IMG/VR virus record: IMGVR_UViG_3300050821_013430
Span: 248,001 to 312,000 of that record
Reading direction: 5' to 3' (one strand)
Length of the DNA stretch: 64,000 bases
Shown here: positions 27,261 to 35,990 of the stretch, piece after piece
Position numbering within the stretch: the first letter of the stretch is position 1
How the letters are laid out: every line of letters starts with the position of its first letter
The notes under the pieces: generated by a model
Seen by the model: the letters and a program-made list of their open reading frames with translations, nothing else
The model's database searches: none
Told to the model about the DNA's origin: nothing
Translations under genes and position numbers: made by a program

Positions 27261-27342
27261 TGGTGCTCTCCCCAGGATTCACACCTGGATTATTCCGGGC
27301 TTTTGAGGGCCCGGTGCCGTTAGTAATTACGGCCAGAAGAGC
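27261..27342 (-). tRNA. tRNA-like gene, atypical (8-nt anticodon loop CCTCAAAA, T-loop TGTGAAT)
   Basis: 7-bp acceptor GCTCTTC/GGAGAGC plus ACCA; D stem GCCG/CGGC; T stem CCAGG/CCTGG. Confidence 0.7.
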
Positions 27343-27344
27343 AT

Positions 27345-27426
27345 TGGTGCCACCGCCCCGCCTTTCACAGGGATCATTCACGGGTTTTCAAGGCCCGAGC
27401 GTTCTGAGTTATTGAACTACAATGGC
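27345..27426 (-). tRNA. tRNA-like gene, atypical (TGA-centred loop, T-loop TGAAAGG, no long variable arm)
   Basis: Acceptor GCCATTG/CGGTGGC plus ACCA; D stem GTTC/GAAC; anticodon stem CGGG/CCCG. Confidence 0.68.
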
Positions 27427-27427
27427 G

Positions 27428-27503
27428 TGGTGCAAGGGGCTGGATTCGATACCAGCATCTTCCCACCGCGGGGGCGGGATGATCTCTGTTGATCTACCCT
27501 TGC
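27428..27503 (-). tRNA. tRNA-like gene, atypical (loop CCCCGCG, T-loop TATCGAAT)
   Basis: Perfect acceptor GCAAGGG/CCCTTGC plus ACCA; D stem GATC/GATC; T stem GCTGG/CCAGC; 76 nt. Confidence 0.72.
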
Positions 27504-27526
27504 GTGAGGTATAATCTAAACCACCC

Positions 27527-27862
27527 TCATTGGGGTGTCAAGGGGCTTTCGTTTTCTCCGAATTTGAGGAAGCCTCCGCCCTCAATCTCAGACCCAGATC
27601 GGGGATCGGGGGTGCCCGTTTTCTCGACTTCAATTGTCTCGGTTTTGGGAACGAGGGCATCGAGCGTGGCCAGCCAGCGCATCGGTCGATAATCATCGGT
27701 AATATGGCGACACTTCCCCTTATGCAGCCATATTTTGGTGCAGGGTTTCCCACCATCGTAATGCCACACCGAATGAGGTACAATATTCGTGCATCGTTTG
27801 TAGGTATAACGAGCGCGAAGTGCTTGTATCTCTTCGGCGCTAAACGGCTTGATGTCAGTCAT
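27527..27862 (-). CDS. hypothetical protein
   Basis: Coupled ORF; C...LHKGKCRH motif. Confidence 0.6.
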   Translation of the reverse strand: MTDIKPFSAEEIQALRARYTYKRCTNIVPHSVWHYDGGKPCTKIWLHKGKCRHITDDYRPMRWLATLDALVPKTETIEVEKTGTPDPRSGSEIEGGGFLKFGENESPLTPQ

Positions 27863-28017
27863 TGGTCATCCTTCTCTGGTACGGTCTTGTTCTCTTCGGC
27901 TATTCTCTTCTTCATCTTGCGTCTGATTGACCACGGGGACAACGGACAATTGAGCAGGTGATATCTGGGTTTTCTCTCTGGCCAAAAGGGTTTGCAAATG
28001 CAATCGTCCGTGTTCAT
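27859..28017 (-). CDS. small hypothetical protein
   Basis: ATGA coupled; CIC...HLLNC. Confidence 0.55.
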   Translation of the reverse strand: MNTDDCICKPFWPERKPRYHLLNCPLSPWSIRRKMKKRIAEENKTVPEKDDQ

Positions 28018-28268
28018 TGAACATCCTTGTAAGCCAGTTTCTCTTTGGCGGAGAGTGATTTTAGGTGTGCTTCCAAACGCTGCGCCTCGCTTCGGGTCGA
28101 ACGAATAAACGACCTGATGCATCTGACAGGTCGTCTGCCGCGAGTATAGCGGGCACCACGGGAAGTGTTGTTGTGTTCGTGCAGACGCCGGTCGAGATTG
28201 TTGGTGATCCCCGTATATAGAGTATCATCGGAACAACGCAGTATATAGACAAAAAAGGGCTGTTCCAT
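28014..28268 (-). CDS. small GIY-YIG nuclease (YhbQ/UPF0213-like)
   Basis: FVYILRCSDDTLYTGITNNLDRRLHEHN...ARYTRGRRP...SEAQRLEAHLKSL. Confidence 0.9.
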   Translation of the reverse strand: MEQPFFVYILRCSDDTLYTGITNNLDRRLHEHNNTSRGARYTRGRRPVRCIRSFIRSTRSEAQRLEAHLKSLSAKEKLAYKDVQ

Positions 28269-28271
28269 TGA

Positions 28272-29246
28272 TTATTCCTGAGGAAACAATTGCTCTTTGC
28301 AGCGCTTTATAGCCCTGAAAATAGTGCTCTTGGTAGCACTATATTTAGTTGCCAGTTCTTTCATAGTGATATTGCCAGCCATATATTCTCGATAGATTTC
28401 CATCTCGATTTCGGGCGAGAATTTCATTCTGGCTTTGCCAATTTTCTTTTTATGCTCCTCAGATTTGGGCCTGCCTCTCCCGGCTATAGACATTTTTTGT
28501 CTCGCTTCTTGCGAGACAATTTTACCGGTATTGGCTATCGATAGTTTTTGTCTCGTCTCTGGCGAGACGGGGCGCCTCGCGTTGGATATTGCGATTTTCT
28601 GTTTCGTCTCATCACTATGTTTTCGGCCAGTACTGGCGATTGACATTTTCCGCCTTGTTTCTTCCGATGGAGTTTTTCCGAAGTTGGGATTTCTGTTGCC
28701 CTTCTTGGTCTCTGCGATTTTCTGACGGGTTTCTTCTGAAAGGGGCCCATTCGATTTGCCCTTCCTTATCTTGCTTATTTTGCTTATTTTCTTTCTTGTC
28801 TCCCCTGAAACTGACTTTCCTTTATTGCCTTCACCAATTTTTCGTTTATGCTCTTCTGATTTTGGCCTGCCTTTTGCGGCTTTTGACAATTTTTGTCTTG
28901 TCTCTTCCGTATGTTTCCTACCTTTTCCGCCTCCCTTACCTATATAATGAGGATCGTTGTATAGTTCGGCGCCAATCAACTTGAAATAGCCATACCAAAA
29001 TTCCTCTGCATCAGGAAGTTCGGAAGTAGTTGCGTATTCTTCGATCACTTCCATTACAGGTTTTAGTCTTTGTTTTTTGAGCCCGCCGATCCAAATACAT
29101 TTCTGTTTGGTGCCCTCTTTATTTTGACAATGGGCTTCGTATCTTCTTTCTTGGTTAGAAGTGTATCCTATGTAGTGCAAGCATTTGCTGATAGGATCGA
29201 ACAGGCCATAAATTACATTGGGCCCGTCAGGTGCAGTAATGTTCAT
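28272..29246 (-). CDS. GIY-YIG homing endonuclease with tandem NUMOD3 repeats
   Basis: VIYGL...HYIGYT...RRY..H; many H/S-EETRQK(I/M)S...GR/K repeats; C-terminal HTH. Confidence 0.88.
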   Translation of the reverse strand: MNITAPDGPNVIYGLFDPISKCLHYIGYTSNQERRYEAHCQNKEGTKQKCIWIGGLKKQRLKPVMEVIEEYATTSELPDAEEFWYGYFKLIGAELYNDPHYIGKGGGKGRKHTEETRQKLSKAAKGRPKSEEHKRKIGEGNKGKSVSGETRKKISKISKIRKGKSNGPLSEETRQKIAETKKGNRNPNFGKTPSEETRRKMSIASTGRKHSDETKQKIAISNARRPVSPETRQKLSIANTGKIVSQEARQKMSIAGRGRPKSEEHKKKIGKARMKFSPEIEMEIYREYMAGNITMKELATKYSATKSTIFRAIKRCKEQLFPQE

Positions 29247-29295
29247 ACCATCATTCTAACACGTGGTATGACGGATGTCAAGGTCTGCGCTTCAC

Positions 29296-29664
29296 TTAGT
29301 TTAGTCTTCCCATCTTAGTATCGCCACGAGCGTTGATCATCCGTTCTATCCCGGGCTCCAAGGTCGGGCCCAATTCCTCGTCGAGTTTAGCCCATTCTTT
29401 GGTCATCCGATCTTCCTCATCGGGGTAGTAGAAGCGTCCTTCCTCGTAATTCCAATGGCGGTTATCGGTTATACTCAACTCATAGAAGAACAGGCGAAAG
29501 ATGGAGAACCAAAAACGGAAACCTGCGTGATCGCCTTTGTTAGTCCATCGAAAGGTGAGTTGGAAAGGATCGATGGCTAACTTTCGACCCCATTGGTATT
29601 CGAGGGACTTGTTCTTGGTGAGGGTAATGCTGCCGGAAAACCAGCCGAGGTGTAAGAAACTCAT
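29296..29664 (-). CDS. hypothetical protein
   Basis: Coupled ORF. Confidence 0.65.
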   Translation of the reverse strand: MSFLHLGWFSGSITLTKNKSLEYQWGRKLAIDPFQLTFRWTNKGDHAGFRFWFSIFRLFFYELSITDNRHWNYEEGRFYYPDEEDRMTKEWAKLDEELGPTLEPGIERMINARGDTKMGRLN

Positions 29665-30227
29665 CGATCAAACGCTTTCTGCAAGACCTCTATTATCTGC
29701 GGCAAGTTTGAGCCATCATAGCGATAGAAACGGTCATGCCTAAAATCTCTGTTCCAGGGCTGAGCAACGGCAACAACGACGCCCCGCGGTCTCTTTTCGA
29801 GCCACGGTTTGGCGTAGGGAATGAAATCGTCAATCAATACCCTACCATAAACCAATGACTTATCTTCACTCACATGCATCTTGGCATCGGGGACGTGTTC
29901 GGTCGCCCACACTAACTTCTCTGACCAGGCCGCGGGCGATGTTCTTGGGCCCTTCGTGAGAATATGGAGATCAAACCCTATCTTGCGCACCTCATCCAAC
30001 AATTGAAAGCCCAAAGGATGGCGGGGCAAATTGCGCCAGAAATCTGGCTTGGACTGTACCAGTTTGCGTCGAGCAGCAATATGAGGCTCCTCGAAGTCAT
30101 CGTGATCGCGTCCCTTGTATTCGGGCTCGCCAGGAGATTGTAGAGAGCGCATGATGGGAGTGAGAGCCGAGTCATAGTCAGCAAGAGAGCCATCGAGATC
30201 CAAAAGACAAACCTTAGCATTCACCAT
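29661..30227 (-). CDS. 5'(3')-deoxyribonucleotidase (HAD, NT5C-like)
   Basis: LLDLDGSLADY, FWRNLP, LTKGP, EKLVW, LIDD, QPWN. Confidence 0.85.
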   Translation of the reverse strand: MVNAKVCLLDLDGSLADYDSALTPIMRSLQSPGEPEYKGRDHDDFEEPHIAARRKLVQSKPDFWRNLPRHPLGFQLLDEVRKIGFDLHILTKGPRTSPAAWSEKLVWATEHVPDAKMHVSEDKSLVYGRVLIDDFIPYAKPWLEKRPRGVVVAVAQPWNRDFRHDRFYRYDGSNLPQIIEVLQKAFDR

Positions 30228-30230
30228 CGT

Positions 30231-30398
30231 TCAATTCCTCAATACTGTTGCTCTACTATCAGGCCCACAAGGGCATTCGAGTTGTAATTCGTCGTTCCTA
30301 ATGTCTTCGATGTCGTTTTCATCCTCAAACTCAACGGCGAAGATGGTACCGCACTCGGAGCACTTGAAAGTGAACTTTTGTCTCTTGGTCTCTAACAT
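30231..30398 (-). CDS. small zinc-ribbon protein (55 aa)
   Basis: Manual translation ...FKCSECGT...LECPCG. Confidence 0.55.
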   Translation of the reverse strand: MLETKRQKFTFKCSECGTIFAVEFEDENDIEDIRNDELQLECPCGPDSRATVLRN

Positions 30399-30412
30399 AC
30401 CAAGATGCCGAG

Positions 30413-30562
30413 TTATTGAACGGCGAAGCCCTTCCTTCGGCTCGGTCTATTGTTGAGCAGATATTGAGTCCAACACTTAGGGCATCCGTCTACGAAAGTA
30501 CGCGTGGGCACCGGCAGGCGCTTGGCTCTGTATTTCGGATGGGTTTTACACTTGGCTTTCAT
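30413..30562 (-). CDS. small hypothetical protein (49 aa)
   Basis: MKAKCKTHPKY...GCPKCW; SD lies inside the upstream tag. Confidence 0.5.
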   Translation of the reverse strand: MKAKCKTHPKYRAKRLPVPTRTFVDGCPKCWTQYLLNNRPSRRKGFAVQ

Positions 30563-30833
30563 ATCGATGATCCTTTCCACATTGGGGGCAGAGCCCCAGT
30601 CTTACGCCTTGTTTCAGTTTCGATACCGCATCTCCAATCCCAGATGGGCCTGTACCATCTAACTTGATAGGGCGATAATCCACTCGGCCACGACCCCGAT
30701 CTTCGGTTAGTATCCGATAGTCCTTCATGTACTGAAAGACCATCGTCTCAGCACAAGGAATGCAGATGACGTGAGTATAGGGATCGCACGGCGGGATGGG
30801 AATGTTGATGCCACAGACTTCGCAACTATGCAT
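30546..30833 (-). CDS. CPQCG-tag family, CxxC-CxxC type
   Basis: MHSCEVC...CIPC...CPQCGKDH. Confidence 0.8.
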   Translation of the reverse strand: MHSCEVCGINIPIPPCDPYTHVICIPCAETMVFQYMKDYRILTEDRGRGRVDYRPIKLDGTGPSGIGDAVSKLKQGVRLGLCPQCGKDHRYESQV

Positions 30834-31098
30834 GTACGCCTCCACATTGAGGACATTTACCTTGCCTTCTTTCGGCGAGCACTTTGTTCACCATGTCTGC
30901 AAACCGGGTGGGACGTTGATCGGCATAAGTGAAGCGGTAATCAAACCTTCCTCGTTGATAGTCAACGGATTCGATTGGCAGATGTTGTATCTTGAAACGG
31001 ACAAGCACTTCCTCAGTACAAGGAATGCAAACGACATGCGTTCTTGGTGCCACGGGAGGGATAGCGATAGAGGCAGAACATAACTGGCAACTATGCAT
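30826..31098 (-). CDS. CPQCG-tag family, CxxC-CxxC type
   Basis: MHSCQLC...CIPC...CPQCGGVHA*. Confidence 0.8.
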   Translation of the reverse strand: MHSCQLCSASIAIPPVAPRTHVVCIPCTEEVLVRFKIQHLPIESVDYQRGRFDYRFTYADQRPTRFADMVNKVLAERRQGKCPQCGGVHA

Positions 31099-31360
31099 GT
31101 TTGTTCCCACACTGAGGGCAGTGTCCGGCAAGTCTTCGTTCCAACAACTCTATCACTGCCTTATCCATCTGAGAGGTAAGAGAGTAGAGTAGTCTACCTT
31201 TTTTCCTATCACCATTAGACACTTCCCATTTGGGGTTCAGATGACGCATTGCGATCTCGCCACAAGGAATGCAGACATTCCCAATCGATCCGGTGAGGTA
31301 ATCAATGTTAGGCATCACTACATCACACAACGAACATCTATTCAACGAACATCTACTCAT
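31091..31360 (-). CDS. CPQCG-tag family, CxxC-CxxC type
   Basis: CSLC...CIPC...CPQCGNKHA*. Confidence 0.78.
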   Translation of the reverse strand: MSRCSLNRCSLCDVVMPNIDYLTGSIGNVCIPCGEIAMRHLNPKWEVSNGDRKKGRLLYSLTSQMDKAVIELLERRLAGHCPQCGNKHA

Positions 31361-31386
31361 GGGTACCTCTACATTACTGACTTGTT

Positions 31387-31641
31387 TCACCGATGAATCC
31401 CTCCGCACTGAGGACAGAACGCCTCACTTCTTAGTTCTGGGTGAGCCATTAGGATATCGTTCATCTTGGACTTGATCATGAATGGAAACTTGCCTTCGTC
31501 CTCGTTCCGGCGCACCCAAGGCGAATCCCAATTCAATCCTCCAACTTGGAAGAGACGATTGGCGCAAGGAATGCACAACACCAAGTCATACCCGGGCCAC
31601 GTCGAAATTGGAATGGCACACATGGCACAATTGTTCGTCAT
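31387..31641 (-). CDS. CPQCG-tag family, CxxC-CxxC type
   Basis: CAMC...CIPC...CPQCGGIHR*. Confidence 0.8.
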   Translation of the reverse strand: MTNNCAMCAIPISTWPGYDLVLCIPCANRLFQVGGLNWDSPWVRRNEDEGKFPFMIKSKMNDILMAHPELRSEAFCPQCGGIHR

Positions 31642-32001
31642 CTACTTCCCCTTCTTGCCCTTCTTGGGCTTTTTGCTACGGGGCCTAACTCCGGGAATAC
31701 CGATCTTCTTGGTAGGCTTGGACTTACTTTCGGCAGTGCCGTTCTTCCAGGTCTTATCACCTTCCTGATGCTTTCCCTTATGGCCCTTTTCCAAGACGCA
31801 AAAGTGCAGCATCTTATGGCAGGCGTTGCAAAACTTGGGATCATCAGTCCTGACAAGGATTTCCACCACCCGTTCGCGCATGTCTTGCACCAGGAGCGAG
31901 GCTTGGGTTTTCCGAGTAAACTCCTCCGCTAAGGATTCCAAGTCCATGGCTAACAAAACCAACTTGGCCCTACCAAACATCCATTTTTCGTCGTTGTTCA
32001 T
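31642..32001 (-). CDS. hypothetical protein, Lys-rich tail
   Basis: CNAC...CVLEKGHKGKH. Confidence 0.65.
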   Translation of the reverse strand: MNNDEKWMFGRAKLVLLAMDLESLAEEFTRKTQASLLVQDMRERVVEILVRTDDPKFCNACHKMLHFCVLEKGHKGKHQEGDKTWKNGTAESKSKPTKKIGIPGVRPRSKKPKKGKKGK

Positions 32002-32045
32002 CGGTGTTCTCTTTCTTTGACCCAGGCATTTCCTGGTATAGTTCA

Positions 32046-32663
32046 GTGCAGTTGAAAAGGCTTTTCGCGGCTGTTGTTTGCGGCATCGCTCTTTGCGTAG
32101 GGTGCGCCCCCCAGTTTCAACTCAATAAGTCGAATTACGCAGAGAACGACACCATCTACACCGTATGGCACGTCGACACACGGTTTTCCACAAGGGAACG
32201 AGCGGCTATCTTTCAGGCCACTCAGGAGTGGCAGCAATTCGCCCGAGGTAAGGTAGAGATCAGTTTGATCTTCGACTTGGACTATTCAGATCCTTCCATT
32301 CTTCGAGATGAGCGTCTGTTGATCTATTCCTCATCCAAATCCAGAGCGATAAGCCAGGCTGATAAGGAAGTCAAAAGGGATGACCCTGATGCTTACACAC
32401 TTGGGCTATTCGAGAAAGATGGGGTGCTCGGGACGCCAACGATATCGATCGCAATGGATCGGATCTGGTCGGAACGGATGTTGAAATCAGTTGTTCAACA
32501 CGAGTTGGGGCATAGTTTGGGGCTGGCACACACGAAAGGCATCGGAGTAATGAACGCGATGGCGGGATGCCATTGTCTCACGCTTGCGGATGCGGAAGAC
32601 TTCTGCGGCGTGTATGGCTGCAAACCAGCAGACCTCAATTACTGCGATCCGAGCGCTCCCTAA
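32046..32663 (+). CDS. matrixin-like zinc metalloprotease, probable lipoprotein
   Basis: HELGHSLGLAH plus Met-turn (GVM); LCVGC lipobox-like; start approximate. Confidence 0.8.
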   Translation: MQLKRLFAAVVCGIALCVGCAPQFQLNKSNYAENDTIYTVWHVDTRFSTRERAAIFQATQEWQQFARGKVEISLIFDLDYSDPSILRDERLLIYSSSKSRAISQADKEVKRDDPDAYTLGLFEKDGVLGTPTISIAMDRIWSERMLKSVVQHELGHSLGLAHTKGIGVMNAMAGCHCLTLADAEDFCGVYGCKPADLNYCDPSAP

Positions 32664-33493
32664 TACTCTAAGCATTGGAAAGTAGTCGCAAACTTCATCC
32701 AAGCATCGGGAGTGATGAGCGACTTGAAACCCATTCTCTCAAACTCTTTCCTGAGTTGGTGGAAATTGGTTTGTCCCTCTTCCACAATCAGATCATCCAA
32801 AGGGATAGACCTCAATTCAATTAGGTAGCGATTGATGGCGAAGTTGGCTCGGTTTTCTTCGATTGACATCCATTGCTCGAAGAGAGTAGGATTGGCCAGC
32901 ATTTTGAGAGCGGTCTTTTTGCCTACTAAGGAAGGTATGTTATCAGCCGTATCGCCATAAAGGGATTTCCCCGCCACCACCGGATGAGACGGGGGTTTGA
33001 CGAAGACCTTTTTGATGGGGTTGTAGATTTTGACCTGATGTCCCAATTGGGGGACTTGGAGCAGATCACTATCGTTGCTAACGACGGTTAGATCTTCCCC
33101 TTGGAGGTTTTCCACCAGTGTGAGCACTACATCATCCGCTTCCGAAGCGTCATGACGGACGCGAGTAATCGGAAGGTGCTGGACGGAATTGAGTGCTTCG
33201 TTCTTGGACAAGCGGAAACGATCTACTTCCTTTTGCGTCTTGGAAGCGATCTTGACTAAGCGATTGGCTTTGTAGCCGGGGTAAGCGTCTCTACGAAACT
33301 GAGGATCTCCTTCGAGAACAAGGAAGCATTTATGGGGTTGAAACTGCTCAATGAGAAGTCGAAGACTACGGAAGAAATTGAACACTGCCACATAGCGAGT
33401 ATCGATCGGATTCAATTCGTCAGGTTTAGACTTGAAAGCGACCTGCGCGCGCCATAAGAGGTTGTAAGTATCGAGGATAAGTATGCGATCCAC
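32660..33493 (-). CDS. 5'-3' exonuclease / flap endonuclease (T4 RNase H/Pol I 5' domain-like)
   Basis: ILILDTYNLLWRA, YPGYKANR, EADDVV, SNDSDLLQ, GDTADNIP..VGKKTA. Confidence 0.92.
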   Translation of the reverse strand: MDRILILDTYNLLWRAQVAFKSKPDELNPIDTRYVAVFNFFRSLRLLIEQFQPHKCFLVLEGDPQFRRDAYPGYKANRLVKIASKTQKEVDRFRLSKNEALNSVQHLPITRVRHDASEADDVVLTLVENLQGEDLTVVSNDSDLLQVPQLGHQVKIYNPIKKVFVKPPSHPVVAGKSLYGDTADNIPSLVGKKTALKMLANPTLFEQWMSIEENRANFAINRYLIELRSIPLDDLIVEEGQTNFHQLRKEFERMGFKSLITPDAWMKFATTFQCLEY

Positions 33494-33496
33494 CTA

Positions 33497-33775
33497 TCAA
33501 TGCGTGGATAGGCATTGGAGGCAGAAATCGGGATTGACGGTTTTAGCCTGCTCCCATATGCTCTCCCAGCGTCCGTAGTGCTCGCACACATTGGTGAAGT
33601 AGTTGCTGCTATTATGACTCCCGCCACCATCGTCTGCGATATTCGCCTTACGATGGCAGATCAAGCACCGCACAGGCACCTTGATCAAAACGCACCTGGT
33701 GTCGCGAGAATAGCCCTCTCGTCCCGCACTTCTGATCACATCCTCGCCAAGCCAAAAGTCTTGCGTTTCCATCAT
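33497..33775 (-). CDS. CPQCG-tag family, METQ type (degenerate tag CLQCLSTH)
   Basis: METQDF...PVRCLIC...CEHY...FCLQCLSTH*. Confidence 0.75.
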   Translation of the reverse strand: MMETQDFWLGEDVIRSAGREGYSRDTRCVLIKVPVRCLICHRKANIADDGGGSHNSSNYFTNVCEHYGRWESIWEQAKTVNPDFCLQCLSTH

Positions 33776-34059
33776 CGATGCTCCTTCCCGCACTGCGGGC
33801 ATATAGGGAGATTAGTGTTGAGGTGCCAGGAATGCTTCCATAGGTGAGAAGTTCCATCGATGGTGTCGCCATAGTGGAAGTGATTACAGTGATTGACGAA
33901 AGAGTCCCTCGCGCCAGGAGAATGATCGAGTTTGATGCGACGAGAGCATACGGGGCAGTGGGTAGGGATCTTGATGGTGATCAGGTCTTTCCCTACCTCG
34001 CCCCAGTTCAACGAACGGACTAACCTCATCCTCTCTACCTGAAAGTCTTGCGTCTCCAT
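33772..34059 (-). CDS. CPQCG-tag family, METQ type
   Basis: METQDF...PTHCPVC...CNHF...CPQCGKEHR*. Confidence 0.8.
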   Translation of the reverse strand: METQDFQVERMRLVRSLNWGEVGKDLITIKIPTHCPVCSRRIKLDHSPGARDSFVNHCNHFHYGDTIDGTSHLWKHSWHLNTNLPICPQCGKEHR

Positions 34060-34355
34060 TACTGATGCTCCTTACCACACTGCGGGCAGACATTGAGCCA
34101 TGGATTGAGATGGGCACAGTGCTTCCATAACATGATGGTGGTGCTATTAGCGTCGCCGGGGCCGTAGTGAAAGTGATTACACCAGTTATCCAGAATGGTG
34201 CGACTCTTATCGCTGCCACCAATAGTGGTGATCTTCTTCCCACAGACAGGACAATTCAGTGGCACTCGGATCTTGATGCACTTGGAGGAATTGCGATGGA
34301 TCGACAAACGATCGGTGAGGTATTCCTTCTCTAACCAGAACTCCTGCGTTTCCAT
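34059..34355 (-). CDS. CPQCG-tag family, METQ type
   Basis: METQEF...PLNCPVC...CNHF...CPQCGKEHQ*. Confidence 0.8.
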   Translation of the reverse strand: METQEFWLEKEYLTDRLSIHRNSSKCIKIRVPLNCPVCGKKITTIGGSDKSRTILDNWCNHFHYGPGDANSTTIMLWKHCAHLNPWLNVCPQCGKEHQ

Positions 34356-34357
34356 TC

Positions 34358-34867
34358 TTACTTCTCCAAGTGAAAGTGTCTCACCACCTCATCACAGATG
34401 GGGTGATTATGGTCGTAATCGATGGTAAGCCCACCACATTCCACCACATTGATTTGGTTATCTGCCACGAAGAGAGTAATCCACATAGTCAATTCAACAC
34501 GGGTAGCCTGAAAGCGATATAAGGACGGACTGCCAGTGATGATCTGATCCTTACTGGCTTTCCATCCGGCTCTAAGCATAGACTGGCGCTTCTTGATCCC
34601 TTCATCGAAGAGGGTACCAGAAGCGATGGTTTGGTCGATGAACAGGTGAGTCATTCCGTCATAGACGGTAATGATGTCAGGGAGGGAATGCCAACGCTTG
34701 TCGAGATCGAGTTTCCATCCTGGGCCAGAAAGGGACGCATAAGTAGCAGCAGATGCTGCCGCTTGTTTGGCTTGATGTTCCGCGATCATCGACGGAGGCA
34801 ATTGAAAACTACCTCCACCACAACCGAAGAGACAAGCAAGGATAGGGATGTATCTAAGCAGACGCAT
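34358..34867 (-). CDS. lipoprotein, paralog 1 of tandem trio
   Basis: LFGCGG lipobox; GWKLDL, VECGG, PICD...F. Confidence 0.75.
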   Translation of the reverse strand: MRLLRYIPILACLFGCGGGSFQLPPSMIAEHQAKQAAASAATYASLSGPGWKLDLDKRWHSLPDIITVYDGMTHLFIDQTIASGTLFDEGIKKRQSMLRAGWKASKDQIITGSPSLYRFQATRVELTMWITLFVADNQINVVECGGLTIDYDHNHPICDEVVRHFHLEK

Positions 34868-34870
34868 CCA

Positions 34871-35422
34871 TTACTCCGTGATGTAGAAGCCCTGCAACAC
34901 TCGATCGCAGAGCGCCTTATTGAGGTCTTGCTTGATGGTTAGACCACCACAGCCAATGATATCGGCATGCTTGCCGGTCGCAAAGATGGTCGTCCAAACG
35001 GTGATGTTCTTGATGGCCATGCTCATCTGCTGAGCGGAAACGCCATTGACAACGATGGTCATCAGATCAGATACTTGCACTTCCTTACTGGCCATCTTGT
35101 CGTGGATTTGAGGTGCCAACACAAGTAGCGGTTGATTGGTCGTCAATTGCATGAACACGATATGCGTGTCCGCATCTGCATTGTTGTCGAGAATGAACTC
35201 ATCTGTCCCATCGGAAGGGGTATTTGATAGGTGCCAGGAAGATACTCCATTCAGATTGAGATAGCATCCATTACGCGCGATCTGCGTGATATGAATTGGC
35301 ATCGGCGTTTCTTCCACTACTGGCGGTAGTGTAGGCTGAGGGGCTGGCTGAGGCTGCGTTGAGGTGGCGCCACCACAAGCGAGGAGTAGGCTGGTAAGTA
35401 GAGTAAGCAGTGTCTTTTTCAT
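34871..35422 (-). CDS. lipoprotein, paralog 2 of tandem trio
   Basis: LLACGG lipobox; IGCGG, ALCD...F. Confidence 0.75.
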   Translation of the reverse strand: MKKTLLTLLTSLLLACGGATSTQPQPAPQPTLPPVVEETPMPIHITQIARNGCYLNLNGVSSWHLSNTPSDGTDEFILDNNADADTHIVFMQLTTNQPLLVLAPQIHDKMASKEVQVSDLMTIVVNGVSAQQMSMAIKNITVWTTIFATGKHADIIGCGGLTIKQDLNKALCDRVLQGFYITE

Positions 35423-35432
35423 TGGGTGTTCC

Positions 35433-35990
35433 TTATTCAGTGATCTGAAAGCGTCTAATTGCAGAGTCGCAGATGGGTTCGTGTTTGCTTTTCACTTCGG
35501 TTTCTCCGCCACAACTCAGAACGAACGCGTGCTTGCCGGTAGTGAAGAAAGCGACCCACATTGTTGCGGGGCCGGTCGTCGTTTCCAACTCAAAACTCTC
35601 TACGCCATCACGAATTACGGCATTGTCCCAAGCAATGGTAAAGCCTTCATTCAGCATCTGAGCGCGTTTCTCAGAAGCGAAGTTGGTTAGTGTTTCCGTT
35701 GAGTCAAACTGCACCACCGTCAGCAAAGTCTGAGCAGCCTCGGCACGCAGCACTAAGGCTCTCATACCAGGACGGTGCGGGTGCATATTCACCTGACGCC
35801 AATCGGCTTCCGGCCAATTGGTCAGATCGAGTTTCCATCCGGTGCCTGCATACACACCCGGACTGCCAGCCAAGGGGCCAGGCATTGGGGCAGTATCAGT
35901 CGGGTCGGGCGTTGCGGGAACAGTTTCCACCGTAGGCCCGCCGCAACCTATCATCACACACGCCAACATCGTCATCAACATCTTCTTCAT
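35433..35990 (-). CDS. lipoprotein, paralog 3 of tandem trio
   Basis: MIGCGG lipobox; GWKLDL, LSCGG, PICD...F. Confidence 0.75.
   Translation of the reverse strand: MKKMLMTMLACVMIGCGGPTVETVPATPDPTDTAPMPGPLAGSPGVYAGTGWKLDLTNWPEADWRQVNMHPHRPGMRALVLRAEAAQTLLTVVQFDSTETLTNFASEKRAQMLNEGFTIAWDNAVIRDGVESFELETTTGPATMWVAFFTTGKHAFVLSCGGETEVKSKHEPICDSAIRRFQITE

Noticed and set aside
27261-27342. Opal-suppressor or selenocysteine tRNA (TCA in loop)
   Set aside because: It has a 7-bp acceptor and short variable region unlike tRNA-Sec, the 8-nt loop makes the anticodon register ambiguous, and there is no sign of TGA recoding in the genes.
28400-28930. DNA-level repeats as a separate repeat element
   Set aside because: They are explained by NUMOD3 peptide repeats within the GIY-YIG endonuclease.
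18713-29246. Group I introns or inteins hosting the homing endonucleases
   Set aside because: Flanking genes are intact and abut the nuclease ORFs, leaving no room for intron core structure; the LAGLIDADG protein has no intein terminal motifs.
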